A stretch of DNA of 64,000 nt from Oculina patagonica (Eukaryota). Where the stretch lies: the NCBI RefSeq assembly GCF_052425735.1, contig NC_135758.1, forward strand, positions 39,432,001-39,496,000, written 5' to 3'. Position 1 is the stretch's first letter; each line of letters begins with the position of its first letter. Below the pieces are notes generated by a model, which worked only from the letters and a program-made list of their open reading frames with translations, was not told where the DNA came from and did no database searches. Shown one piece after another: positions 26,859 to 39,600 of this stretch. Both the position numbers and the translations under genes were made by a program.

Positions 26859-27331
26859 GAGTTCAGTTAGAACTAATCAATAAATTACGTCTTACCTCTT
26901 TGAAATGTACTCTTGCGTATATTTTCCCCGTAATCAGCTCATATGCGAACCAAAATGCACTCACTTGCGGCGGGCCAATGCCTCGAATCTCAACAAAACC
27001 ATTACGATCGCTTCGAGCGCCATTATTTTGAAAAGCATCGACCGCTGACTGTTGTGACCGTGGTTTGTAAAAGCGTGCCTCGCTCGGAAAGACGCTTCGA
27101 CGGGAAAGTCACAGTCATAATAATTAGATCAACGGTCGATACTTTTCAAAATAATGGAGCTCGAAACTATCGCACTGGTTTTGTTGAGATTCGAGGCATT
27201 GAAACGCCACAAATGAGGGCATTTTGGTTCGCATATGAGCTGACTTAGGGGAAAATATACGCAAGAGTACATTTCGAAGAGGTAAGACGTATTTTATTGA
27301 TTAGTTCTAACTGAACTCCTATGCTCTCTGT
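26859..27331. mobile_element. Long-TIR MITE flanked by 8-bp direct repeat GGCCGTAC
   Basis: ~110-bp inverted arms (GAGTTCAGTTAGAACTAATCAATAAA...CTTGCGTATATTTTCCCC...CAGCTCATATGCGAACCAAAATGC); GGCCGTAC at 26851-26858 and 27332-27339. Confidence 0.8.
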
Positions 27332-28014
27332 GGCCGTACTGGGAGAACATCGGTCCTTGGTCTTTGTGGTTCGGGCAGAGCGCAGCGATGTCCCTAGAGT
27401 AAGGTAGAGGGCCGATATTTTATCAGTAAGGCCCCGAGCAAAGAAATTTAAAACACGACTTGAAAGAATAATAAACAGAAATAAACCCTGATGAATAGGT
27501 GTTTTGGAGTCAGTTGTCGGCAGTTTGGCATAACAAAAGCTCTCTGTTTATTCAGGCAGAACGCCTCGTTAGTATGTTCTCTTTGCAAAATATTATTTAC
27601 CGCTGGCGTAACAAATTAAAATAATGTTTCTAATTAATATAATGTAGCCTATATATGTTTTTTATAATAAAATAGACTAGTGCTGCAAAGTCTAATAACT
27701 TTTAATGGCTTCACGCTTTCCTGTCTTTGTACATGTATTATTGACGTAACCCGACAGAGCTCCTTCTGTAGCCGTTGTCTGATTGGTACACTAACACAAC
27801 CAGTCAACGATATAAGGACATTACCGGAATGTATATTGTTCTGAACAAAAAAAAACGCAAAGAAAACATTTATGGGCTTTGAGTTAAATTTTGTGCCGAG
27901 AATTTTGTAGCTCAATTAACCAAAGTGTGATAGCGATAAAGTTACTCCCTCCCTGATAAGCAGCCTGTTAAGCTAGTTTGTTAACCACAGACTTGAAATA
28001 GTGAGGAAACCTCC

Positions 28015-28290
28015 GGGGGGGGGGGGGGTGGGGGAAGGAAAAAGAGGAGAACTCCCGTATGAAAGACAAGGATGCTGGTCGTCTTGCTTAGGTGTGTTAA
28101 AAACGGAATTGGGTCTTAGGTCTTAGGGGTGTGAATAACGGAATTGGGTCTTGGTGGGGGGGGGGGGGGGGGGAGGGAGAGGAGGAAAAGGAGGAGAACT
28201 CCCTTATGAAAGACAAGGATGCTGGTCTTCTTGCTTAGGTGTGTAAATAACGGAATTAGGTCCTATTTAGGGTGTTCAAGACAGAACACC
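28015..28290. repeat. Local tandem duplication, each unit headed by a poly-G run
   Basis: Two copies of G-run...GGAGAACTCCC.TATGAAAGACAAGGATGCTGGTC.TCTTGCTTAGGTGTGT..A.AACGGAATT.GGTC. Confidence 0.75.
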
Positions 28291-28810
28291 AATATCTTTT
28301 GCCTCCATGATTTCGTTTTTGCACATCACAGAAGAGATATAAAACGTCGTAATAATCAGTTGGCGGTCTAGGGCGATCAGGTATGGCAGCCCCGCCCCTT
28401 TTCGTACGGGATTCCCTCCCCCCCCCTCCCCCCCTATTCTAAAGAGGCGCGTGCCGGTGAAACCGGCGTTGATTTTGTTGATTCACAGCTAAGCTAAAAA
28501 ACCAACCGACCATACTTTGAACAACTATAAATGGTGCAAATCTCAACAAAAACGAGAGGCTAGGTCTGTCTAACCCTGTCAGTTATTGACAACTGCACAG
28601 CCTCCCACTGAAGTCCTTTCCCCTGTAAAGTTGTCGGAGGGACTGAGGACGTTTTGTAAATCTTTTTTCCCGGTCTCCACCCAGACAGAGCAACCAGCCA
28701 CCACTTTCTCTAATAAGCACTAATACCGCTAAGCCCTCCCACTTTGTAAAAATAACTAGTGGCTCCGCCATTTTCGATGCCGGCGATCGAAATTATGAAA
28801 ATTGCTTAAT

Positions 28811-29135
28811 GAGGTGAAATCTTACTGCATTGCTGTAAGTTGTGCTACTGGAAGTATGTTTGAACAACAACCGTAAACAGTTTCACAGTGATCTCGTTCG
28901 TTTAAACTCTCTCTACGCGGAAGTAGTGAAACACTCCTGTGCTTCACTACTTCTACGTACGTATAGAGAGTCTAAACAAACAAGATCACTGTGAAACTGT
29001 TTACGGTTGTTGTTCAAACATACTTCCAGTAACACAACTTACAGCAAAGCAATAAGATTTCACCTCTTTATGTTCGAACAACAACCGTAAACACTGAGTT
29101 TCACAGTGATCTCGTTCGTTTAGACTCTCTGTACG
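28811..29135. repeat. ~255-bp fold-back inverted repeat plus a third partial direct copy
   Basis: GAGGTGAAATCTTA...GAAGTATGTTTGAACAACAACCGTAAACAGTTTCACAGTGATCT...GAAGTAGTGAA mirrored at ~28943-29066; part of the arm repeated again at ~29072-29135. Confidence 0.8.
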
Positions 29136-29752
29136 TAAAATATAATACTAAAAATCTCGTATGTAAACAAAAACAAAGGCGTGGCTGACTAAGGTCCTTT
29201 AAATAGTTTTTTCCTCTATTCAATGAAGATTGCTTTTTTAACGTTTGAATGTAAATTACGTAACCTACGTCTTGACTTGTCCTCAGTCTTCTTCTATGAA
29301 AAAATTGCAAGGCGCAAGGCCATCTTGGAACCGCATATTCAAACGACGAAATCTGAAGTTTTTTAATTTCGCAGAGCGATAAGGAGCTAACTTCTCTTTA
29401 CAACGCAAATAAACAATCAACAGAAAGGTGACGAGAATTAAAAAAATCGTCAACTGGAGATTATGTCTTGAAACAACAAAAATTTATCACAATAACGTTT
29501 GAATAAACAAATAGCAGCCCATTGTATTAATGGGAAATATTATTTCGAGCCTGTGTTGACAATAGAGGCACCTTTCATTCGTTGTACAAATTGTATCAAC
29601 AAAATAAATCTTGGGTTCCTTTAATATGAAAAATACGATTACAAAACTCCCTTTTCAGCAAAGATTCAACAAAACCAGAAATCAATTCTATCCAAATTTT
29701 CACGCTGTTCCAAACTCATTTGTATTTAGTTCTTCCAATTTTTGTCAATTTA

Positions 29753-30290
29753 AAGGGCCCTACCAAACGAGGACACATTGATGCGGACACAAAGGTTTCT
29801 CTTTTTGCACCCGCGCGCAACATTTCAATGTTGCGGACGCAAAATTTGTGACAATAGAAAGCAAGGGACCGCGGACGAAAATGCTGCTAGTGTACGTAGG
29901 AGCTGGCGACAGCTCTAATCAGCCAAAAATAAAAATACAGAGACAAGATAAGCAAGGTTGACACTACGTAGAAATGACAAAACCTTAACGGGACAACGAC
30001 ATGATAGAGTCCAAACTGAAAGTCAAAAATGCAAACTCTGGATTTTTGACTTTCAGTTTGGACTCTATCATGTCGTTTTCCCGTTAAGGTTTTTTCATTT
30101 CTACGTAGTGTCAGCCTTGCTTATCTTGTCTCTGCAAAATTTGTGCCCGAGACACAAACAAACGTTTCTGTGTTATTTTTTTTCAGAAGCATTTTGTGTC
30201 CGCAATAAATGTTACGCGGTTTGCTCACTCAAGAAACATCACGAGCAATAATGTGTTAGCAACAATGTGTCCCCGTTTGCCACCACCTTA
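29753..30290. mobile_element. Harbinger-like MITE interrupted by a nested palindromic insertion (29851-30133)
   Basis: Outer ends ...CCAAACGAGGACACATTG / CAATGTGTCCCCGTTTG...; inner insert bounded by 12-bp direct repeat GCAAAATTTGTG (29839-29850, 30134-30145) and containing a ~95-bp-arm hairpin at 29939-30133. Confidence 0.7.
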
Positions 30291-30615
30291 GAACTTAGTA
30301 GTCTTCACCAGCCACAAAAGATCAGAGTGTATAAATGGCCACATATCCTTTAGTGGTTTAAAAGGTTCACGTGAAGATTCAAAGATGTGGTTAAAGTGCT
30401 GCGAATTTTCTTAGAATTTTCAGTAACATGTCTTAACCAGAAAGCACTCAATTTCTCAAGCAAAAAAAAAATAGTTCCATAGTTACGTGACCTGTTAACG
30501 ACCTTTATTCATCGCTTCCTCTTGCAGGTGGCCCTCTGTTCTATTCGAGAAGAATGAATCTGTGAGAAGTGTTTTTCTTTCGTTGCGATTTCTCGGTTTT
30601 CAATTTGCACTTGGG

Positions 30616-33600
30616 ATGCAGTATTCAGCAATTATTGTTTATTGTAAACTATACGCTTTGTTTATGGTGTCAATTTCGAAAGGTGGTAAACAAGATAGCG
30701 AAACAAAAGATCTAACAGGTGGGTAGGCGTGTTTGGTGTCACCTAAGTGATATTACACCAACCTTTATGTCTATGTTAGGTGTTAAATAAAACGAATAAG
30801 TAACTTCGGTTGTTCATTTGGGATCTATAAGGTCTGACAGACCGTCAGATTCTTTGTCATGCACAGACTTTTCCTTTCAACCGTTACTTTTGAAACGGCA
30901 GGGAGAAATAATCACGTGCTTCCCCATTTGATATTTGATCAGCAAGATTAATACACAGTAATGTTAGAAAATATAAAAATATAAAGGCAAATGTATACTG
31001 TTCATGCTTTAGCTCAAAGCAAGTTTCTAAACATTACGATGCAGAGTACTACAAGAAAGTGCAAGATTTTCCTAGTTAATTTTATTGGAAAAGTATCCCG
31101 TGAAGCCATTGTTGTAATGTAAATGATATAATTAGTTATGCCTGTGATCACAATGAAAATTTGGAAGAATGGGTTTATTCTACCATGTTTTATATATTTT
31201 AGTGTGGAACAAACAAATCATTCCTCAATTTGGACGCTTTGTTGCCATTTCATCGATCACTTGACAAACACTAACAATGTTTTCATATTTCCAATAATTC
31301 TCTTTTGAAATAAAAACATTGGTGCCAGATATCAGTCAAAACCACTCAGTTCATTGACTCAGTTGTACGTAAAACACTTAGCTACTCCTCATCATCAGAC
31401 TAATTTTCATAATAAGTTACGGGATTCGCATTTCTAGTTCTATTCCACTCCTTTCTCACACTCCTTTAAGGCCTGTAACTACTCTCCCCTTTCTTTTTTT
31501 TCAAGTGAAAAATGGCTGTGGAAAATCGGCGGGCGCGAATAAAGCGCGCGTCTCGCCCGCAGAGCTCCTGCAGCCATTTTTCCACTTGGCTCTTTTTTTT
31601 TTTTTTTGCTCACGCACGCTCGACGGACTAAGATAAAGAGGAACTGCTTGTAGTCTAATCGCCGAGGTGCCTTCTGATTCAACATATATTTCACCACTGT
31701 CAAGTTTACTAAGGCTTTCGCTTATATTTTTAATTTGCCCAATCAACACAAAATTGGTTTTTGAGATACAGAAGAAGACAAAAACTATACTTCGTCTTTA
31801 ATTTACGCCTCCATATTTTCAGAATAAATATATAGTTATAAAAACATGACGTTTCGGCGACGACATGTCACCATTATCAAATGCAAATTTTACAAAGTAG
31901 AGAACGATATTTATAGAAAAGAAAGTGTAAAACTAAATTACAATAAATGAGGCGTGGAAAACAGAAAAATGTGCATAACTAAGTACAGTCAACTCTCTCT
32001 AAGACGGACACGTTCGGGACCGGCCGTAGCTGTCCGTCTTAGAGAGGTGTCCGCTCTGTAGAGAGTCGAGGTAACATGACACCAGTTATTCTGAGATAAT
32101 GAAGCGAAACAGTTGCACAATGTAACAAACCTTTGCTAACTGCAACAAGACTTAAATAATAAAAGGACCGTATTTGTCTGATAAAGCAAAAATTGAGAGC
32201 TTCTACAAGCTGTAATACTGTAAGTAGAAAATGTCCCCTTTAGTGTTCATATACACGTAAGCAGAAAAGTAATCCGTTAAAGCGTCATTGTTTGTGGTCA
32301 GTAAGCTTGGTATACAGGTATTCTTAGGGCGCCGACTAACTTTGCTTTAGGTCGATACGAAGTTTGGAAGTATTTTCACAAATAAAATTGGATAAAAAAA
32401 ACTTCTCATGTGTACATGTCCGTTAATGATTTCAAAGTGTCCGTTGTCCGTCTTAGAGAGGTGTCCGTTTTATAGGGAGTTTGGTTACAATAAAATGACT
32501 GAAAAACGCCAGGGACCATCACCAGGTTCCCGTCTTATAAAGGTGTCCGTCTTATAGAGGTGTCCGTTAAGAGAGAGTTGACTGTAAACAGTTTCGCTGG
32601 AATGGAGTCCTTTTGAGTGTTCAGGGATGGTTTCTTTTCCTAATTGGGAGCATCTCGTAAATTAGGCACTCAAACTTTCCGCGGCATTTCTTTAGGATGG
32701 CAAATTGGCTGTGAAGGTCGATCGGCTTTTGATTGTGTTGTTTTTGAAGGTGTTTACCAATCACGGAGTATCTGTGCTCCTTAATGCGCAGGTGGAGGTG
32801 GCGGCTAGTGTAGCCAATATAATTCGCATCGCACGAATTACATTTAAATTCATATACACACTGTACTACACTTTGTTGATTTTGCTAGAGCGGGCTTTAT
32901 TTCCGTGAACTTCAAATCTTCTGAGATTTTCTTGCTTGTGAAGACTGGTTGTATTACAATATCGATCTATTTTCTTTCCTAGAATACGTAGCTCTCTGCG
33001 TACGTAGTTGGCTGATTTTTGATCTTTGATTGGCAAGGTGATGCGTACAGGGTTGTCCGCTGGCGCAATACAGTTTTCGTTCTGGCCTTGAGAGGAATGG
33101 AATTTGTTATGGATAAAAAGGCTGGATTCACGGTTATTAGCTTTAATTGTTACAAATAATTTGTGATATTACTAAAAATTCTATTATTTTCAGTAGCAGA
33201 CGGTAAACATGAATTGATTAGGAAGCGGCGAGCATTTGGCAGTACGGAACCACCTTGTAACAGTAAGTAGAACCCGGGGGGGGGGGGGGCACTCAAGGAA
33301 GTTTTATACGGGGAGGCTCCGCCCCAAGGTCCAACCCCTTACCCTTTTATATACCATTTTGACAGAAAAAGCACCCCTTTCGTATACCTTTTATAGAAAA
33401 AAGTTACCCTATTCATATACCTACACGACACAAAATATACTTAAGGAGGCTCGATGTAGTTTTTTTACCCGAAGGGTGGTTGTTTTGAAAATTAAAATTA
33501 TCTAGGAAGCCAATGTCCGATATTTGCCAAAATACACCATAATGATCAAATATGACCAAATTTTAATTTATTTCCCGTCACTTAGTCACAAAGGTTACCA

Positions 33601-36600
33601 TAGCAACGATTGACGTTTTCTTTTGTTCTCAAACAAGCTTGATTTTCTCGAAATCTAGACTGACTCTTGGTGTTTATTTTTTAACATGTTAAAGTTCAGT
33701 AGATTGACTAACTGTTGACGAAATTTTAGAAAAATTTGTAAGAGCGTTTTCAAGTAAATCAAGAATAAAATTTTCAGAAAAACACCATTTTAATATAAAA
33801 TAGGCGCTTTAAAATTGTTTCGTATTATTTGAGCACAGTTACTCTCACTGAAATATAAATACTTACACCATCAAAGACCATTAACTAAAAGCGAAAGACT
33901 TTTTGATTTAATTTGTTAAAATATTTTGACTGCCGATTGTATTCCTACAATCGGATACAAAATACAATACAATACCAATACCAAAAACTTCATTCTTGAT
34001 TTACTCTAAAACGCTCTTACAGATTTTTCTAAAATTTTGTGTACAGGTAGTCAATCTACTATACTTGAACATATCAAAAAATGAATACCAAGAGTCAGTC
34101 TAGATTTCGAGAAAATCAAGCTTGTTTGAGAACAAAAGAAAACGTCAATCGTTGCTATGGTAACCTTTGTGACAAAGTCTCGAGTAAAAAATTAAAATTT
34201 GGTCATATTTGATCATTATGGTGTATTTTGGCAAATATCGGACATTGGCTTCCTAGATAATTTTAATTTTCAAAACAACCACCCTTCGGGTAAAAAAACT
34301 ACATCGAGCCTCCTTAAAACAGGACGTTTTCTTGACATTTTTATGTAGCGCTTAATAAATTAAGACGATACAGCCATAAGTTGCGTCTGTTTAAAATAAT
34401 TAATTTAAAGCCCCTTTTAAATATTTTAATGACAGATTTCCCTACCCTTATATACCTAAACTTGTGAAATCCCTACCCTTTTATATACCTGAAGCCTGAA
34501 AAAGGTACCCCTTTCGGGCGGAGCCTCCCCGTATAGGCAGTATATGGAGTACCCCCCCCCCCCCCGGGAAGTAGAATTGTTATGTGTTACAACAATCCAT
34601 TATCATTCAAGTCAACTTTGGTCTGGTCTCTTTCAGGCTGGTTCTCATATAACCACTCCGATCGTTCATATCGCCTCTGTCACTTTAAAAAGTTTTTCGA
34701 TCGGGACGACTGATATGAGAACATTATACAGACGATCGCTAACGTCTCTGGCGATTGAGGCGATCACGATTGCTTCGATCGCCCGTGTTCTGTCCTTCTA
34801 GCTCTACTTTCAACCTTCTAGCTCTACTTCAATCATAACTGAGAAGATGAGGACGCCACCAGTTTTGCTCTTTCATTGAAGGCTGCCATTGTGTTGGATC
34901 TAGGACTAAAATGATTGTTTTTTTTTCGTAGGCCTTCGCTCACTGAGAACCCCCGATCGCTTCCAATCGCGACGATCGCCTACGATCGTCTCAGGCCTGG
35001 TTCTCATATGATCGCCCCGATCGTTTCTATCGCATCGGTCGTTTGCAAATACTGAGACGATCGTAGGCAATCGAAGCGTTTGGAAGCGATCGGGGGTCAG
35101 GTCTTTTCGAACACCAGACCGCTTTCAATCGCTTCGATCGCCTACGATCGTCTCAGTATTTGCAACGATCAATGCGATAGAAACGATGGGGGTGATCATA
35201 GAAGAACCAGGCTTTATAGTTCAGGACGTCGAAGATGACAACTGTTTACTTGATGCAGTTTTCAAAGAAAAAATGGCGCTAAAACAGGCTGCTTTCAGGT
35301 CACGCTCACTGATTTAAGTTTAAAAAACCTTCTATCAGAAAAAAGTTCCCAACAGTGTTATTTCCCAACCTTTTTACTTATAATATTTGCATCATTGATT
35401 GTTTTATCTTTATTTCAGTGAATAGCATGCCAGCCTCTCTAATTCACGATATTTATCTTCGTTTTATAGTGACCCACGGCGTGTACTTGGAAAGATGGGA
35501 CAGAATAGATTACAAACGAGTCAAGTTTCTGTTGGCGGATCCGCGATATCCAAACCTACCAAGTCTTTCATTGTGCGTTCCAACGTTTGAGCAACCGTCC
35601 AAGTGGGCAGACTTCTTTGGTAGCCGCTTGAGGACGTATTTTGTTCCATTTCAGACCGGAAACCATTACTTCTTTCTTTGTAAGGAGTTACACGTTAACA
35701 TGTAGAAGTAAAAAAACAGTGAAGAACTGAGGTCTTTTATTTTGTTCTTTAGATCGAGGTTCAAATTTGAAGTTTTCTTGCCAGGTTGCCCTGAAGAAAC
35801 AATTAAGACAAAATTCAATAGAAAATCAAGTAATATTAATTTTAGTTGGACAAAAATCGATTTACATTTTAATCCTACTAACAACAATTTTGTCGTTGTT
35901 TGGTGTTGATAGAAATGATTTCTTTTAATAATATATTTGAAACAGTAACACAGAAGTTTGCAATGAGATGTAAATAATTTTGGTTCATATTTTTGTCCAA
36001 TTTATACTCGAAAATAATTGTATTCAAAAACATTCATTTTAGCATCCGATGCTGGTAGCGAACTGTATATCAGCACAAATGAGAAACCTGACACCAAGAC
36101 GCAAATAAGTGGCGTGGATGGAGGATTTGCCACTTATCCATATGAGTATGACAGGTATGGTATCTACCTTGCTAAGTTTACGATGTGTGCCCTTGAATTC
36201 GTTCAAAAGTTATAAATCATCAAAAATGAAATTTTATTGAAAAATTAGCCTTTCAATTTATAAATAATTCTTCGAAAAGAGGAACGAAAATTCCAAGCGC
36301 AAACGGCTGGAAACGCTCGAACGACTTGTTGTTAGGTATGGCACGCCACCTAACGCCTCAGAAGCTTCTAATTCAAACTTGAAAAATGAATGTGTGCCAA
36401 ATTTCGCTCCACTACAATCCTCCTCGCGAGAAAAATGTCACGTGAACTATATTATTTTTACAGATAAAAGTCTAAGACCAAAGGACGAATTGGCCGTTTT
36501 TATACTAGAGACGAATTACCCGTCTAGACGAGCTTCGACAAAATTTTTGTCACTTGTCTGGTTATGCGTCTCTAGTATAAAAACTGGCACAAGACGAGTT

Positions 36601-39600
36601 ACCCGTCTAGACGGGCTTCCTTTCGTAATGCGTCTTTCAAGATGCATTTCGAAAAGTAGCTCGTCTAGACGGGTAACTCGTCTTGTGCCCGTTTTTATAT
36701 TAGAGACGCATAACCAGACACGTAACAAACTTTTTGCCGAAGCTCGTCCAGACGGGTAACTCGTCTCTAGTATATTTACCATAACTTTATATGAAGTTGC
36801 AACCAAACTGTAACTCACTTGTAGTTTTCCAACTTTTATGTGAAAAAGGCATTCACTGACCGGGAATATCTTTTGTAAAAAGGAAGGACAACATACCACT
36901 AAGCTGCCTTCGTTGTTTACACTTCCAAACCCTCCTGGTATTTCCCAGTAAGTGTTACAACGCAGGCTCGGAAAATGAAATTCCGAGTGCTCCCAACAGG
37001 GTCGAACCTGAGACTTTCCGATTCGTACTTCGGACTCTAGCACTGTGCTACTCGAGGACTCGTGGTGGCTAGGCCATCAATAGATTTATTGTTCCATTTC
37101 TTAGTCAGACAATCAGAGCGTTTACGGTCAGTCGAGTTATATCATTTTTCAAATTATCTGATTATCCGAAATCCTGCGAATGTAGATCTTCTTGTCAACA
37201 TGTTACCTTATGTATCCTTCAACCTGGTAATTATTCGCCCTGTTTTTCAGCGAGGGTGATAGTAATAAGCCAAGTGGGTACATGTATTAGGTTTCCTCGC
37301 CGTTTACAAATCTTTCTACGTAAGAAGTTATGTAGTAAAATTGTGTTTTACTTCATAGCAGACTTAAATAAAAAAAAATAAAAGTTTGAAATTCTATGTT
37401 CGGCACTATTTGGACAGTAGTGTGCCCTTTGATGCTTACCCCTTTATTTACAGTTTTGTTAGTAGTTCGCTTGACTTTATAACGGATTGGTTAATTGATC
37501 AATAAAAAGCCAATTAATGATGTATTTGTTTATATAGTCTATGTATATTATAGGTATACTACTCAAAAATCTCTGCCGATCTATTTAAAGAAAGGCAAGT
37601 ATTACTACATGGAGGCTGTATTTAAAGACGATCATCAAAATGATCACCTGGAAGCTGCAGTACAGACACCAGACGGGACATTCTACAAAGTGATACCATC
37701 CAAGTTCCTATGGACAACATTGCCTACTCCTCCAGGTAAGTCTGAGTTGGTGACCTACTCCTCCAGGTAGGTCTGAGTTGATCTCACCTTATTTAGAAGC
37801 GTTGGACTTATGTGCCCAAGGGCACGAAGAGGATTGAGTGAGTAAGTGGTTTTGTGGAGGGAGGAAAACCGAAGAAAGTGGAGAAAAACCCTCTGAGAAA
37901 GGCTGAGAACCAACAACATACTCAACCCACATTGCCACGGGCCACTGGGCCATCCCTGCTACCCGAGGTAGTGGACGCAGTGTGGTGGACTCTAGAGAGG
38001 CACTTTATTCCCATATCCTTTACCCTATAAGACCAAATTCCCGCCAAAATCCTGTTTCGAATTCTGTCATGTAGATGGTGTATATTCTATTACTTCTTAT
38101 TAAATTCTTTTCTCGACATGACAACTTGAATTGAACCGACAGAATGGAATTTAGAGAACCACAATTTCAACTGAACCAACAGAAGGGACTGCAAAACATC
38201 GTAAACACAACTGAACAGAAATTGGAGCAACAGAAGAAAAATTGATGCTGCTCCGATTTTTATGTGTTTGTAACACATACTTAGTCAAAACATTGATATC
38301 AGAAAATTTTGGAGGATATTGGAGACTAGGTGTAATTACGTAAAAGGGATTATGGAAGAGGCGCAATAACTGTTGAAGCTCACATCTTTTCCGTTCAATT
38401 TCAGAGAAGAATGCCACTTACCAGGCCATTTTGCTTAAAGTAGCAGCACATGCAGGTGCAAGAGCTGGTTTATCGTTTGGAGCAAAGTGGGCACAGAAAA
38501 GTGGAGCCAAAGCGGGAGCAAAGGCTGGTGCCTTGGCAGGAATGGAGGCTGGAGCATCAGCGGGAGCTAATGCAGGCCTAAACGCTGCGATAAAGATGAC
38601 AACAAAAACGCTGGAAGATGCATTCAACAATCTTCATGGTGACCTGATACACAAATTTAAGATTAATCTAAAGAATGGAAGCGTGATCTCTGTAACTGGT
38701 CCTGGATTGGGTGGAGGAGCTGGAGCTGGTGGCGCTTCTGCGGCCTCTGGAGCTGCTGGAGCTGCTGCTGCTGCTGCTGCCATTGGTGCTGTTGAAACTG
38801 CCGGGACGGCGGGTACCGCTGGGACTGCGGGGACAGCCGGGACTTCGGGAACTGGTGGGACTGCTGGGGCTTCTGGGACTTCCGGAATAGGAGGGGCTGG
38901 GGGAGGCGGAGGAGCCGGAGGAGCCGAAGGAGCCGAAGGAGCCGGAGCCGGAAGTACTGGGGGAGGTGGAACTACTAATGGAGGCACGATGGTTGGAGCT
39001 GGTACAGGTGGAAGTGCAGTGGGAGGGACAACTGGTGGTGTCAGTTCTGGAGGAGTGGCAAGCGGTGCTTCCGTCTCAACCGCTGGAGCTGGAGGAAGCT
39101 CCCAAATAACATCAGCTGCCGGATCAACAAGCAGCGGCGGCGTTGGTGGAGGTGCCGGAATAGGTGGCGCCGGCGGAGGAGGAGAGGAAGACAATACTTC
39201 TCCTACCAGACGATTGACTATTATTCCAAGACAAGGGGAAGACCCACAGGCAGTTGCTAGGAAGATGGTTTGGGCTGGGGGAGCTGCAAGCGCGAGTAAG
39301 CTAATAGCGGATTCATTAAGTACCCTTCACAATAGATCCTCTTCACCGAGATTATGCTAATAGTTTTGTCATTTCCTTGCGGTTTTCGTTTATTTTTTGC
39401 ACACCTTACACGGTTTCACTTACAAATTAGACTACGAGTTCGAACTTTTAATCGTTTTCTAGTCAGCAATAAATGAAGAGCTCCGAATCACCCATCGAAT
39501 TCAACAAAAACCGAAATCGAGCATTGCAAATATTTTTTTAGCATAAACCAGTGGCTGTTTTTTGACAACGAAGAATATCTATGAAACAGATTTCTTGACG

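Larger units (their letters stand above)
31800..33110 (-). mobile_element. Penelope-like retroelement 3' fragment (GIY-YIG endonuclease, degenerate), interrupted by a MITE
   Basis: Minus strand 32585-32870 translates, with frameshifts, to VYEFKCNSCDANYIGYTSRHLHLRIKEH...QFAILKKCRGKFECLIYEML...KPSLNTQKDSIPAKLF. Removing the MITE and one TA restores KLFT-stop. Confidence 0.85.

Noticed and set aside
34690-35210. CRISPR-like or regularly spaced repeat array
   Set aside because: Irregular CGATCG sub-repeats of a MITE in a spliced eukaryotic locus; no constant repeat/spacer period and no cas genes.
36379-37043. ORFs with repeated RRVTRL peptides
   Set aside because: Translation of a palindromic MITE.
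38634-39194. Pro-rich antisense ORFs (also 50988-51665 + and 62384-62797 -)
   Set aside because: Reverse-complement shadows of Gly/Ala codons. The opposite strand has the splice sites and the paralogue conservation.
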